Positions 28,849 through 37,258 of a DNA stretch of 64,000 bases are shown here, piece after piece. The DNA comes from an uncultured Acidobacteriaceae bacterium. Its GTDB lineage: Bacteria; Acidobacteriota; Terriglobia; Terriglobales; Acidobacteriaceae. Under the pieces are notes generated by a model. That model ran no database searches. It saw only the letters and a program-made list of their open reading frames with translations, and was not told where the DNA came from. Numbering within the stretch: position 1 is the stretch's first letter; each line of letters starts with the position of its first letter. The translations under genes were made by a program, and so were the position numbers. The DNA is taken from the NCBI GenBank assembly GCA_964247895.1, contig CAXTWG010000007.1, positions 1,518 through 65,517 of the forward strand. Reading direction: 5' to 3'.

Positions 28849-30159
28849 TTAGCTCTCCAGAAGCTGTGAGTCTGGGATGCGCTTGAACCCCGGCACCATG
28901 AAGCGCAACCAGAACCAGGCCAGCAGATAGGCGCTGGAGGCGATCACGAACAGGATCGAGTAGCTGCCGGAGCGGGTCAGAACTCCGCCGACAGCAGCCG
29001 CGAACAGGACGCCGCCGACCGAGCCGGCCATGCCGCCGATGCCCGTGACCGCGCCGACGGCCTCGCGCGGGAACATGTCGGAGGCGATGGTATAGAGGTT
29101 CGCCGACCAGCCCTGGTGCGCCGCTGCCGCGACGCCCAGCACGGCCACGGCCAGCCACTCATGCGTGATGCCGCCGAGGGTAAACACGGGTACAACCAGC
29201 AGGGCCATGGAGAGCATGGCCAGGAATCGCGCCCGGCCCACGGGGAAGCCGCGCCGGGTGAGCAGGAGCGGAATGCTGCCGCCGCCGATCGAGCCGACGG
29301 CGGACATGTTGTAGACCAGGATCAGCGGGAGACCGAGGTGCGCGAGGCCGAGGTGGAAGCGCCCGTCGAGGAACTTGGGCAGCCAGTAGAGGTAAAACCA
29401 CCAGATAGGGTCGGTGAGGAACTTGGCCCCGGCGTAGGCCCAGGTTTGCCGGAAGCCGAGCAGCCGTCGCCAGGGGAGCTTCGCGAGTTGCTCGGGCTCA
29501 CCGCCCTCGATGTGCGCGCGTTCAGCGGGGGTAAGCCGGGCATGCTCCGCAGGAGTGCGGTAGCGCAGGAGCCACCAGACGATCCAGGCGGCAGAGAACA
29601 GGCCGGTAGTAAGGAAACCGGCCTGCCAGCCGAAGCGCAGGGCGACAAGCGGCAGCAGGGCGGGGGCGATCATCGCGCCCATGTTCGCACCGGAGTTGAA
29701 GATGCCGGTGGCGAGCGAGCGCTCGCGTTGTGGGAACCATTCGGCGGTGGTTTTGATGGCGGCGGGGAAGTTGCCGCTCTCGCCGAGGCCGAGGAAGAAG
29801 CGCGCGACACCGAAGCCGAGGGCCGTGGTGGCAAGTGCATGGCCCATGGCCGCGAGGCTCCAGATGCCCATGATGAGCGCGTAGCCGAGCCGGCTGCCGA
29901 TACGGTCGATGAGCCTCCCCGCAAGCAGGAGGCCGCCCGAGTAGGCGACCTGGAAAGCGATGACGATGTTGCTGTAGCCCTGCTCGGTCCAGCCGATGGA
30001 GTGCTGGAGCACAGGAGCGAGGATGCCAAGGACCTGGCGGTCCATGTAGTTGATGGAGGTCGCGCAGAAAAGCATGGCGCAGACCGTCCAGCGAATGCGG
30101 CCCAGCTTGGCCGGCGCGGCGATGGAAGAGGAAGCGCTTACGGGCGCGTTGGCGCTCAT
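28849..30159 (-). CDS. exuT: MFS hexuronate transporter (ExuT-like)
   Basis: NYMDRQ, GESGNFPAAIK, EWFP, DPIWWFYLYWLP; overlaps the uxaC stop. Confidence 0.85.
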   Translation of the reverse strand: MSANAPVSASSSIAAPAKLGRIRWTVCAMLFCATSINYMDRQVLGILAPVLQHSIGWTEQGYSNIVIAFQVAYSGGLLLAGRLIDRIGSRLGYALIMGIWSLAAMGHALATTALGFGVARFFLGLGESGNFPAAIKTTAEWFPQRERSLATGIFNSGANMGAMIAPALLPLVALRFGWQAGFLTTGLFSAAWIVWWLLRYRTPAEHARLTPAERAHIEGGEPEQLAKLPWRRLLGFRQTWAYAGAKFLTDPIWWFYLYWLPKFLDGRFHLGLAHLGLPLILVYNMSAVGSIGGGSIPLLLTRRGFPVGRARFLAMLSMALLVVPVFTLGGITHEWLAVAVLGVAAAAHQGWSANLYTIASDMFPREAVGAVTGIGGMAGSVGGVLFAAAVGGVLTRSGSYSILFVIASSAYLLAWFWLRFMVPGFKRIPDSQLLES

Positions 30160-31550
30160 AGCTTGTAGGCTCGCATGACCAAACCGTTGGTGAGCTCATA
30201 GGCGAGCTCGGCGGCTTCGTCCTCGTCGAGCCGGTGCTCGGCGACGAGGCGGGCGAGGAAGGCGCAGTCCACGCGGCGCGCGACATCGTGACGGGCGGGG
30301 ATGGAAAGAAAGGCGCGGGTGTCGTCGTTGAAGCCGACGGTGTTGTAGAAGCCCGCGGTTTCGGTGGCCTGCTCGCGGAAGCGCAACATACCCTCAGGGG
30401 AGTCGTGGAACCACCAGGGGGGGCCGAGGCGCAGGCAGGGGTAGTGGCCGGCGAGGGGGGCGAGCTCGCGACTATAGGTGGTCTCGTCAAGCGTGAAGAG
30501 GATCAAGGTGAAGCGGGACTCGTTGCCGAAGCAGTCAAGCAGGGGCTTGAGGGCGTGGGTGTACTCGGCGGCGGCGGGGATGTCCGCGCCGACATCGCGG
30601 CCGAACTGCCGGTGTAGTGCTACGTTGTGGTTGCGGATAGACCCGGGGTGGAGTTGCATGACGAGCCCATCGTCAAGGCTCATGCGGGCCATCTCGGTGA
30701 GAATCTGGGCGCGGAAAAGCTCGGCGTCCTCGACGCTGACCTCGGGCGCGAGGACACGGGCGAAGAGCTGGGCTGCCTCAGCCTGCGGGAGATTGGCGGT
30801 ACGCGGGGTGGGGTGGCCGTGGTCGGTCGCGGTCGCGCCGTTCTGTTTAAAGAAGAGCCGGGCGGCGCGCAGGGCGTTCAGGTAGCCGGGCCAGCTGGCG
30901 GTGTCTTCGTTGTAGCGCTCCCCAAGCGCGATGACGTTGTCATGGAACCCTGAAAATTCAGGGTCCACGCAGGCATCGGGACGGAAGGTGGGAAGAATGC
31001 GGCCCCGCCAGCCGCATGCGCGCAGCTCGCGGTGGGCTTCAAGCGTGTCGAGGGCGGAGTCGGTGGTGGCGAGCACCTCGATGCCGAACCGCTCGTAAAG
31101 CGCGCGAGGCCGGAACTCAGGAGTTGCGAGTTTCGCGGTGATCGTGTCGTAGTATGCATCGGCGTTCGCTGCGCAAAGCCTGGTTTGAAGTCCGAAAAGC
31201 TCGCTGAAAACGTAATCGAGCCAGAGCCGGGTAGGGGTGCCGCGGAATAGGTAGTAGCGCTCGGCGAAGATGAGCCAGGCCGCGCGCGGGTCGATTTCCT
31301 CGCCGCCAATGCCAAGCTGTTCGAGCCGCACATCGCCTTGGCTGTAGAGCATGCGGAAGATGTAGTGGTCGGGGGTGAGCAGCAATGCGGTGGGGTTGAG
31401 GAAGGGCTCGTCGCGCGCGAACCAGCCGGCTTGGGTATGGCCGTGCGGGCTCACGATGGGCAGGTTTTCGACTATCGCGAACAGCCGCCGGGCGATTGCG
31501 CACGTGGTGGGGTCGGCGGGGAAGAGCCTGTCCGGGTGGAGAAGAGCCAT
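30156..31550 (-). CDS. uxaC: Uronate isomerase
   Basis: SPHGH, PDHY, TTD, PTFRPD, TDHGH, MQLHPG, PWWFHDS, GFNDDTRAF, ARHDVARR. Confidence 0.95.
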   Translation of the reverse strand: MALLHPDRLFPADPTTCAIARRLFAIVENLPIVSPHGHTQAGWFARDEPFLNPTALLLTPDHYIFRMLYSQGDVRLEQLGIGGEEIDPRAAWLIFAERYYLFRGTPTRLWLDYVFSELFGLQTRLCAANADAYYDTITAKLATPEFRPRALYERFGIEVLATTDSALDTLEAHRELRACGWRGRILPTFRPDACVDPEFSGFHDNVIALGERYNEDTASWPGYLNALRAARLFFKQNGATATDHGHPTPRTANLPQAEAAQLFARVLAPEVSVEDAELFRAQILTEMARMSLDDGLVMQLHPGSIRNHNVALHRQFGRDVGADIPAAAEYTHALKPLLDCFGNESRFTLILFTLDETTYSRELAPLAGHYPCLRLGPPWWFHDSPEGMLRFREQATETAGFYNTVGFNDDTRAFLSIPARHDVARRVDCAFLARLVAEHRLDEDEAAELAYELTNGLVMRAYKL

Positions 31551-31591
31551 GTCGCTCCCGAGTGTAGCGGCGCGGCCCCGCGCTTGTCGCG

Positions 31592-32362
31592 TTACTGGTT
31601 GACGCCGCTCGCGAGAAAGCCGCCGTCCACGGCGAGGACTTGCCCGGTTGTGAACGATGCCGCTTCAGACGCGAGATAGACCGCCGCGCCCACCAGCTCC
31701 TCCGTGCGCCCGAACCGGCCCATGGGGGTACGGAGGAGCAGCTCCTGCCCGCGCGGGGTGCCGTCGAGCAGCTCCGCATTGAGCGCGGTGCGGAAGACGC
31801 CCGGTGCAAGGGCGTTGACGCAGACGCCGTGCCGCGACCACTCGACCGCGAGCGACTGTGTAAGCGAGGCCACTGCCGCCTTGCTTGCCGCGTAAGCCGC
31901 GACCTCATGGAGGGCAATGAATGAGGTGAGGGAGGCGATATTGACGATCCGGCCGTAGCCGCGCGCGAGCATGGGCGCGCCGAAAACCTGGCAGGCGCGC
32001 AAGGTTCCGGTCAGATTCACATCGAGAATCGCCTGCCAGTCCTCCTCGGGAAAGGTGAGAGTGGGGGCGCGCCTGGTGCGGCCGGCGCAGTTGACCAGGA
32101 TATCGACCTTCCCGAAGCGCTCGAGCGTCGCCGCGCACAGCTTCTCCAGCGAGGCGCGGTCTGAAACATTCGAGCACAGGCGCAGGGTTGCGCGGCCGCG
32201 CGCTTCAAGCGCATCGGCGGTTTTCGCGACCTCGGCTTCGCGCCGGGCTGAGGCGATCACGTCCGTGCCTGCGTCTGCCAAGCCGAGCGCAAGCGCAAGG
32301 CCGATGCCCGAGGTTCCGCCGAGGACAACCGCTGTCCGGCCTTGGAGACTGAGGGGATTCAT
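31592..32362 (-). CDS. SDR oxidoreductase, KduD/gluconate-5-dehydrogenase-like
   Basis: GGTSGIG, VNCAG, YAASK, NALAPG, VDGG; directly upstream of uxaC. Confidence 0.82.
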   Translation of the reverse strand: MNPLSLQGRTAVVLGGTSGIGLALALGLADAGTDVIASARREAEVAKTADALEARGRATLRLCSNVSDRASLEKLCAATLERFGKVDILVNCAGRTRRAPTLTFPEEDWQAILDVNLTGTLRACQVFGAPMLARGYGRIVNIASLTSFIALHEVAAYAASKAAVASLTQSLAVEWSRHGVCVNALAPGVFRTALNAELLDGTPRGQELLLRTPMGRFGRTEELVGAAVYLASEAASFTTGQVLAVDGGFLASGVNQ

Positions 32363-32450
32363 GGGCGCACTCCGCCTGGAGCAGTGCATGGAAGATTCAT
32401 GAGGATTACGATACGCGTCTGCTCGTCGCGGCTTTGGTAGTATCACGGGC

Positions 32451-33368
32451 ATGCTGTCGCCTTTGCTTATCGTGCGCGACCTTTCCATTCGATTCCTCGG
32501 AGCTCAAAAGCCGGCGGTGGACGCGCTTTCGTTTTCGATCGCGCCGGGTGAGTCCCTCGGGCTGGTGGGCGAGTCGGGGTCGGGCAAGTCGGTGACGGCG
32601 CTGGCGATTCTACAGCTTCTGCCGCCGGCCGGGGCGCAGAGTACGGGTTCGATTGAGTTCGCGAGCGAAGGAGGCTCCTGCAATTTGCTGACGCTTGCGC
32701 CCGAGCCCATGCGACGGTTGCGCGGGCGCGAAATCGCGATGATCTTTCAGGAGCCTATGACCGCCCTGAACCCGGTGATGCCGGTGGGCGCGCAGATCGC
32801 CGAAGCACTGATGGCGCACCAGCCGCGGCTCAGCAAACGCGCAGTCCGTGAGCAGGTCCATGCGGCTATGGAAACGGTTGCGCTGCCTGACCCTGTGCGC
32901 CGCGCCCGCGATTACCCGCACCAGTTCTCCGGAGGGCAGCGCCAGCGCATCCTGATCGCGATGGCGATCATCAACCGGCCGCGGCTGCTCATCGCCGACG
33001 AGCCTACCACTGCACTCGACGTGACTATGCAGGCGCAGATCCTGGAGCTGCTCGGAAAGCTACGGCGAGAGTACGGGCTGGCGATGCTGTTTATCTCGCA
33101 CGACCTGGCCGTGGTGTCGCAGGTGACGGAGCGCGTGGCGGTGATGCGGGGCGGCGTGCTGCTTGAAGTTGCGCCCGCAGCGGCGCTGTTTCGCACGCCG
33201 CAGCACCCGTATACGCAGGCCCTGCTCCGGGCCATCCCAACCATGCAGACTCCGCTGGATGCGCCGCTGGCCACGCTTGCCGGCGAGAAGAGCTGGCGCG
33301 CCGGGGTGCTCGGCGAGTACGCGCCGGGGCACTGGGTACGGTCGGCCTCGGAGCACGCCTGGGAGTAG
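32451..33368 (+). CDS. ABC transporter ATP-binding subunit, OppD/DppD family
   Basis: GESGSGKS, MIFQEPMTALNP, YPHQFSGGQRQR, ADEPTTALD, HPYT. Confidence 0.92.
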   Translation: MLSPLLIVRDLSIRFLGAQKPAVDALSFSIAPGESLGLVGESGSGKSVTALAILQLLPPAGAQSTGSIEFASEGGSCNLLTLAPEPMRRLRGREIAMIFQEPMTALNPVMPVGAQIAEALMAHQPRLSKRAVREQVHAAMETVALPDPVRRARDYPHQFSGGQRQRILIAMAIINRPRLLIADEPTTALDVTMQAQILELLGKLRREYGLAMLFISHDLAVVSQVTERVAVMRGGVLLEVAPAAALFRTPQHPYTQALLRAIPTMQTPLDAPLATLAGEKSWRAGVLGEYAPGHWVRSASEHAWE

Positions 33369-33378
33369 CCTAGAGATC

Positions 33379-34179
33379 GTGCGCGCGCTTCTCATTTCCG
33401 ATATCCATGCCAACCTCCAAGCCTTGCGCGCCGTGCTGGATCACGCGCCCGCGCACACGGCAGTTTGGAACCTGGGCGACATCGTCGGCTACGGAGGAAA
33501 CCCGGGCGAGGTCATCGAGCAGGTGCGGGGGCTAGGCGCGACATTTGTGCGCGGCAACCACGACCGCGCTTGCTGCGGACTGACCGGCATCGACGGCTTT
33601 AACCCGATCGCGAGCCGGGCCGCGCGGTGGACGCAATGCGTGCTCTCGGCCGAGCATCTGGGCTGGCTGCGGCATTTGCCCGCGGGACCGGTTGTGCCTG
33701 CCTCCGAGCCGGACGGGGAGCCTGACCGGAAGCAGGCAGGCCTGACTTTTGAAGGGCATGTTCGCTGTACGCATGGCTCGCTGCTGGATGAGGACGAGTA
33801 CATCCTCAGCCCGCGGGACGCCTGGCACTCGCTCGCGTCCGGCGGCTCCGCGGTGAATTTTTTCGGCCACACGCACCTCCAGGGCGGCTTCGCCACCGAC
33901 GGCGAGCAGTGGTACCGGCTTACGCCGGACTGGGAAACCCGCGACGGGTTCGAGGTATGGCCGTTGCAGCTTTCAAGCGGCGCGCGCTACTTGCTCAATC
34001 CGGGCTCGGTGGGCCAGCCTCGGGATGGGGACTGGCGCGCGGCGTTCGCGGTTTTTGACGTGCCCCGGCGCATTGTGGAGTTTTGCCGGGTACCGTACGA
34101 CCTACGAGGTGCGCAGGGAGCGATCCTGCGCGCCGGTTTGCCGGACCGGCTGGCTTCCCGGCTCAAAGACGGGCGGTAA
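33379..34179 (+). CDS. Metallophosphoesterase (calcineurin-like, YfcE/MJ0912 type)
   Basis: SDIHAN, GDIVGYG, RGNHD, HGS, GHTH, NPGSVGQPRDG; GTG start at 33379. Confidence 0.88.
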   Translation: MRALLISDIHANLQALRAVLDHAPAHTAVWNLGDIVGYGGNPGEVIEQVRGLGATFVRGNHDRACCGLTGIDGFNPIASRAARWTQCVLSAEHLGWLRHLPAGPVVPASEPDGEPDRKQAGLTFEGHVRCTHGSLLDEDEYILSPRDAWHSLASGGSAVNFFGHTHLQGGFATDGEQWYRLTPDWETRDGFEVWPLQLSSGARYLLNPGSVGQPRDGDWRAAFAVFDVPRRIVEFCRVPYDLRGAQGAILRAGLPDRLASRLKDGR

Positions 34180-34217
34180 ACCAGGAGTGCAGATGTATGC
34201 AGCCTCCTTGGTGGCGC

Positions 34218-35000
34218 TTACAGTTTCGTCCGTGCCAGCATGGCATCCACGGACCCGCTGGCGACCTTGACCATCAAGCCCGGGGCAAAGCGGCTTCCCA
34301 CTTTAAAAACCTTGCTCAACCCTGGAAGGATCTCCTGTCGATCGCTCGCGAGCCCTCGAATGAGTTCCTTTGCGACCTGTCCAACTTCCAGCATCGGCAC
34401 GCCCTTCAAGTCGGCTGCTTCGAACGCATCATTGAGCGAGGTGTTCGTCGACGGGGGCGCGAGCTCGACGACTCTCACGGCGGTGTTTTTCAGCTGTACA
34501 CGCAGGGCAGTGGTAAATGCGTGCAGCCCAGCCTTCGCCGCGCTGTAAATCGGAGAGATGGGGTATGGAACAAACGCAATGCCCGACGACACGTTCACAA
34601 TGGCGGCCTCCGGCTGCGCCTTCAGCAGGGGGAGGAACTGCTTTGTCATCCGGATCGGTCCCAGGAGGTTGACCTCGATTTCCCGGCTGATGTCCTGGAG
34701 ATCGGCGCCCTTGTCATGCATATTGAGCTTTCGCATAATCCCGGCATTGTTGATGAGGATGTTGAGCGACGGAAACTCCTGGGCGATATGCTCGTAAAGC
34801 GATGCGATCGCCGGCGGGTCGCTTACGTCACTCTCGATCGCGTGAAGGAAAGCGTAATCACTTCGGATGCGGGCGATCTTGTCGTGGTCTCGCCCGGTAA
34901 CGATGACGATGTTTCCAAGCCTTTGGAGCTGTAAAGCAAGCTCGAGACCAATGCCTGAAGTACCGCCGGTGACCAGGATGGTATTGGAAGCCATTCTCAT
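34218..35000 (-). CDS. SDR oxidoreductase (DltE-like)
   Basis: TGGTSGIG, INNAG, NVSSG, YSAAK, ELAPP. Confidence 0.88.
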   Translation of the reverse strand: MRMASNTILVTGGTSGIGLELALQLQRLGNIVIVTGRDHDKIARIRSDYAFLHAIESDVSDPPAIASLYEHIAQEFPSLNILINNAGIMRKLNMHDKGADLQDISREIEVNLLGPIRMTKQFLPLLKAQPEAAIVNVSSGIAFVPYPISPIYSAAKAGLHAFTTALRVQLKNTAVRVVELAPPSTNTSLNDAFEAADLKGVPMLEVGQVAKELIRGLASDRQEILPGLSKVFKVGSRFAPGLMVKVASGSVDAMLARTKL

Positions 35001-35044
35001 GCGCACCTCGTTGATCCTTTGTGGAGAACAGGGAATCCGTTCTT

Positions 35045-35073
35045 AATGTGCCCAATGATGACATTGTTGTCAA
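35045..35073 (-). promoter_or_regulatory. Sigma70 promoter of the SDR gene overlapped by a TetR operator-like palindrome
   Basis: Minus strand TTGACA-N17-CACATT; TGACA-N4-TGTCA inverted repeat at 35059-35072; divergent tetR gene. Confidence 0.6.
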
Positions 35074-35131
35074 TGAAAACTTTGGGCGCGGCGAAAACGG
35101 CTTTTTCACAGCGAAGTGTAAGACTAGGGAT

Positions 35132-35734
35132 GTGCACGGGAGAAAGCGGCCTTACCACCATGGGGATCTTCGCGCCGCCTTGCTCCAAGCCGCTGAGCGC
35201 GCCTTGGAGGCGGGTAACGGCGAAGGCTTGTCGCTGCGCGAGCTCAGCCGTGAACTCGGCGTGAGCAATACGGCTCCCCGCCGTCACTTTCCCCATAAAC
35301 GAGCCTTGGTTGAGGCTCTCGCGGTCGAAGGCTTTGGGCGCCTTGGGGCGGTTTTGGAGCAAGCGGTCGGCAGCAAGAGTGAATCGTTTGACACCCGCAT
35401 TGTGAAAGCGGCCCAGGCGCACATCCGGTTTGCCGCCAAGCATCCGGCGCTGCTGCGACTCATGTTCTCGGCCAAGCAGCACCCCGAGGCGACGCCCGAA
35501 CTCCTTGAAGCGAGTTACAAGGCTCTTGCGGCGGGCCCGACGACTATCACGGAAGGCCAGGCAGCCGGCGCCGTCGTTCCGGGTGACCCTGAGAAGCTGG
35601 CGCTGGTGGTCTTCGCCGCTGTGGAGGGTTTGGTCGCGCTCTCGTCCCATGGCAAATTCGGCGGGGTTTCCCTTGATAAATTGGTGGTCGAGGTAGTCGG
35701 TCAAGTGATTGCCGGGTTGCGCCCGCGCCTTTGA
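35132..35734 (+). CDS. TetR/AcrR family regulator (WHG-type C-terminus)
   Basis: PYHHGDLRAALL...LSLRELSRELGVSNTAPRRHF HTH. Start is uncertain (35021 or 35132). Confidence 0.88.
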   Translation: MHGRKRPYHHGDLRAALLQAAERALEAGNGEGLSLRELSRELGVSNTAPRRHFPHKRALVEALAVEGFGRLGAVLEQAVGSKSESFDTRIVKAAQAHIRFAAKHPALLRLMFSAKQHPEATPELLEASYKALAAGPTTITEGQAAGAVVPGDPEKLALVVFAAVEGLVALSSHGKFGGVSLDKLVVEVVGQVIAGLRPRL

Positions 35735-35821
35735 GCAAAAGGTGCTTGAAGCGAGTCCCCTCGCACCCATCGCGCTGTTGTTGTCGGCAAGTGGCGGGAA
35801 TTTATTTGCGACAATCGCACG

Positions 35822-37099
35822 ATGCCTTTTCCTGCTGTCGGCCTCGATTTCGGCACGACCAATAGTTCCGTGGCCCTAGCCGCGCCGAATGGCACGGTCA
35901 CTCTTGCGCAATTCCCGACCGGGGCAAGCGCGACCGCTTCCTTCCGCTCGCTGCTTTACTTCGAGCGGGATGCGAGCAAGCACACCCACAGCCACGCGGG
36001 ACCGGCGGCGATCGAGCAGTACCTGCGCGCGGAGGAGCGAACGGGCCGCCTGGTGCAGTCGCTCAAGAGTTACCTGCCCGTGCGCACCCTTACCGGCACG
36101 GAGGTGTTCGGTCGACGGTATACGCTCGAAGACCTGCTGGCGCGGATTCTCCGGGAGCTGCGGACCGGGGCGGAGAGAGCTTTTTCTACGCGCATTGAGC
36201 GCGCCGTGGTGGGGCGGCCTGTGCGTTTTGCGGGTGCGCAAACCGACGAAGACGACGCGTATGCCGTCGGCCGGCTCCAGGACGCCTGCCATCGCGCCGG
36301 CTTTGCGGAGGTTCGCTTTGAGTACGAGCCTGCCGGGGCTGCCCGTGCGTATGAAAGCACGCTCGACCATGAAGAGCTTGTGCTGATCGGGGATTTCGGC
36401 GGCGGTACGAGCGACTTCTCGCTCCTGCGGCTGGGCCCCCGTATGCGCGGAGAGAGTCGCGTGCTCGGCACGAGCGGCGTAGGGTTGGCGGGCGACGCGT
36501 TCGACGCCAAACTGGTGCGGCATCTCGTCTCGCCTGCGCTTGGGGAGGGCTCGCTCGAGCGTTCGGGCGCAAAGCTGCTGCCGGCGGTGCCTGCGTGGAT
36601 CTATGCCAACCTGGAGCGCTGGCACTACCTGTCCTTTTTGCGGACCCGCAATGTGACGGAAATCCTGAAAGGAGCGCACACGCGCGCGCTCGAGCCGGCA
36701 AAGATCGCCGCGCTCCAGACCCTGATCGAGGAGGATATAGGCTTTCAGCTCCATGCCGCCGTGCAAAGGCTCAAATACGCGTTGTCGCAGGAGGAAGCGG
36801 CCGAATTTCGCTTCGACGAAAGCGGCCTCGCGCTTCGCATTCCAGTCACGCGCGGTGAGTTCGAGGGCTGGATCGCGGACGAGCTCGCCGCGATCGCGGG
36901 GGCTGTGGACACCCTGCTCGCGCGCACAGGCACGGCAGCCGAAGCAGTGGATCGGGTGTTCCTGACCGGCGGAACCTCGTTTGTTCCAGCTGTGGAGCGT
37001 ATCTTTACCAGCCGCTTCTCGCCGGGCCGCGTTCTACGTGGCGAGGCTTTCACCTCCGTGGCGCACGGGCTTGCCCTCCGCGCGCGGGAACTGCCCTGA
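35822..37099 (+). CDS. yegD: Hsp70-family protein, YegD-like
   Basis: GLDFGTTNS, VVGRPVRF, EPAGA, DFGGGTSD, FLTGGTS, FTSVAHG; no substrate-binding domain. Confidence 0.8.
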   Translation: MPFPAVGLDFGTTNSSVALAAPNGTVTLAQFPTGASATASFRSLLYFERDASKHTHSHAGPAAIEQYLRAEERTGRLVQSLKSYLPVRTLTGTEVFGRRYTLEDLLARILRELRTGAERAFSTRIERAVVGRPVRFAGAQTDEDDAYAVGRLQDACHRAGFAEVRFEYEPAGAARAYESTLDHEELVLIGDFGGGTSDFSLLRLGPRMRGESRVLGTSGVGLAGDAFDAKLVRHLVSPALGEGSLERSGAKLLPAVPAWIYANLERWHYLSFLRTRNVTEILKGAHTRALEPAKIAALQTLIEEDIGFQLHAAVQRLKYALSQEEAAEFRFDESGLALRIPVTRGEFEGWIADELAAIAGAVDTLLARTGTAAEAVDRVFLTGGTSFVPAVERIFTSRFSPGRVLRGEAFTSVAHGLALRARELP

Positions 37100-37258
37100 C
37101 ACCGGTGCCCGATCCTGCAACACAGCGGTCGGTCCGCGCGGGACCGCTGCTATACACTGCCGTCAGCGTACCCGAGCCAACCCCAGACCGAGCTGAAGGC
37201 GCGGCGTTTGCTTGCCCTCGGATTGCTAGCCTTCGGATCTGCTTAGCCAGGAGTTGCG

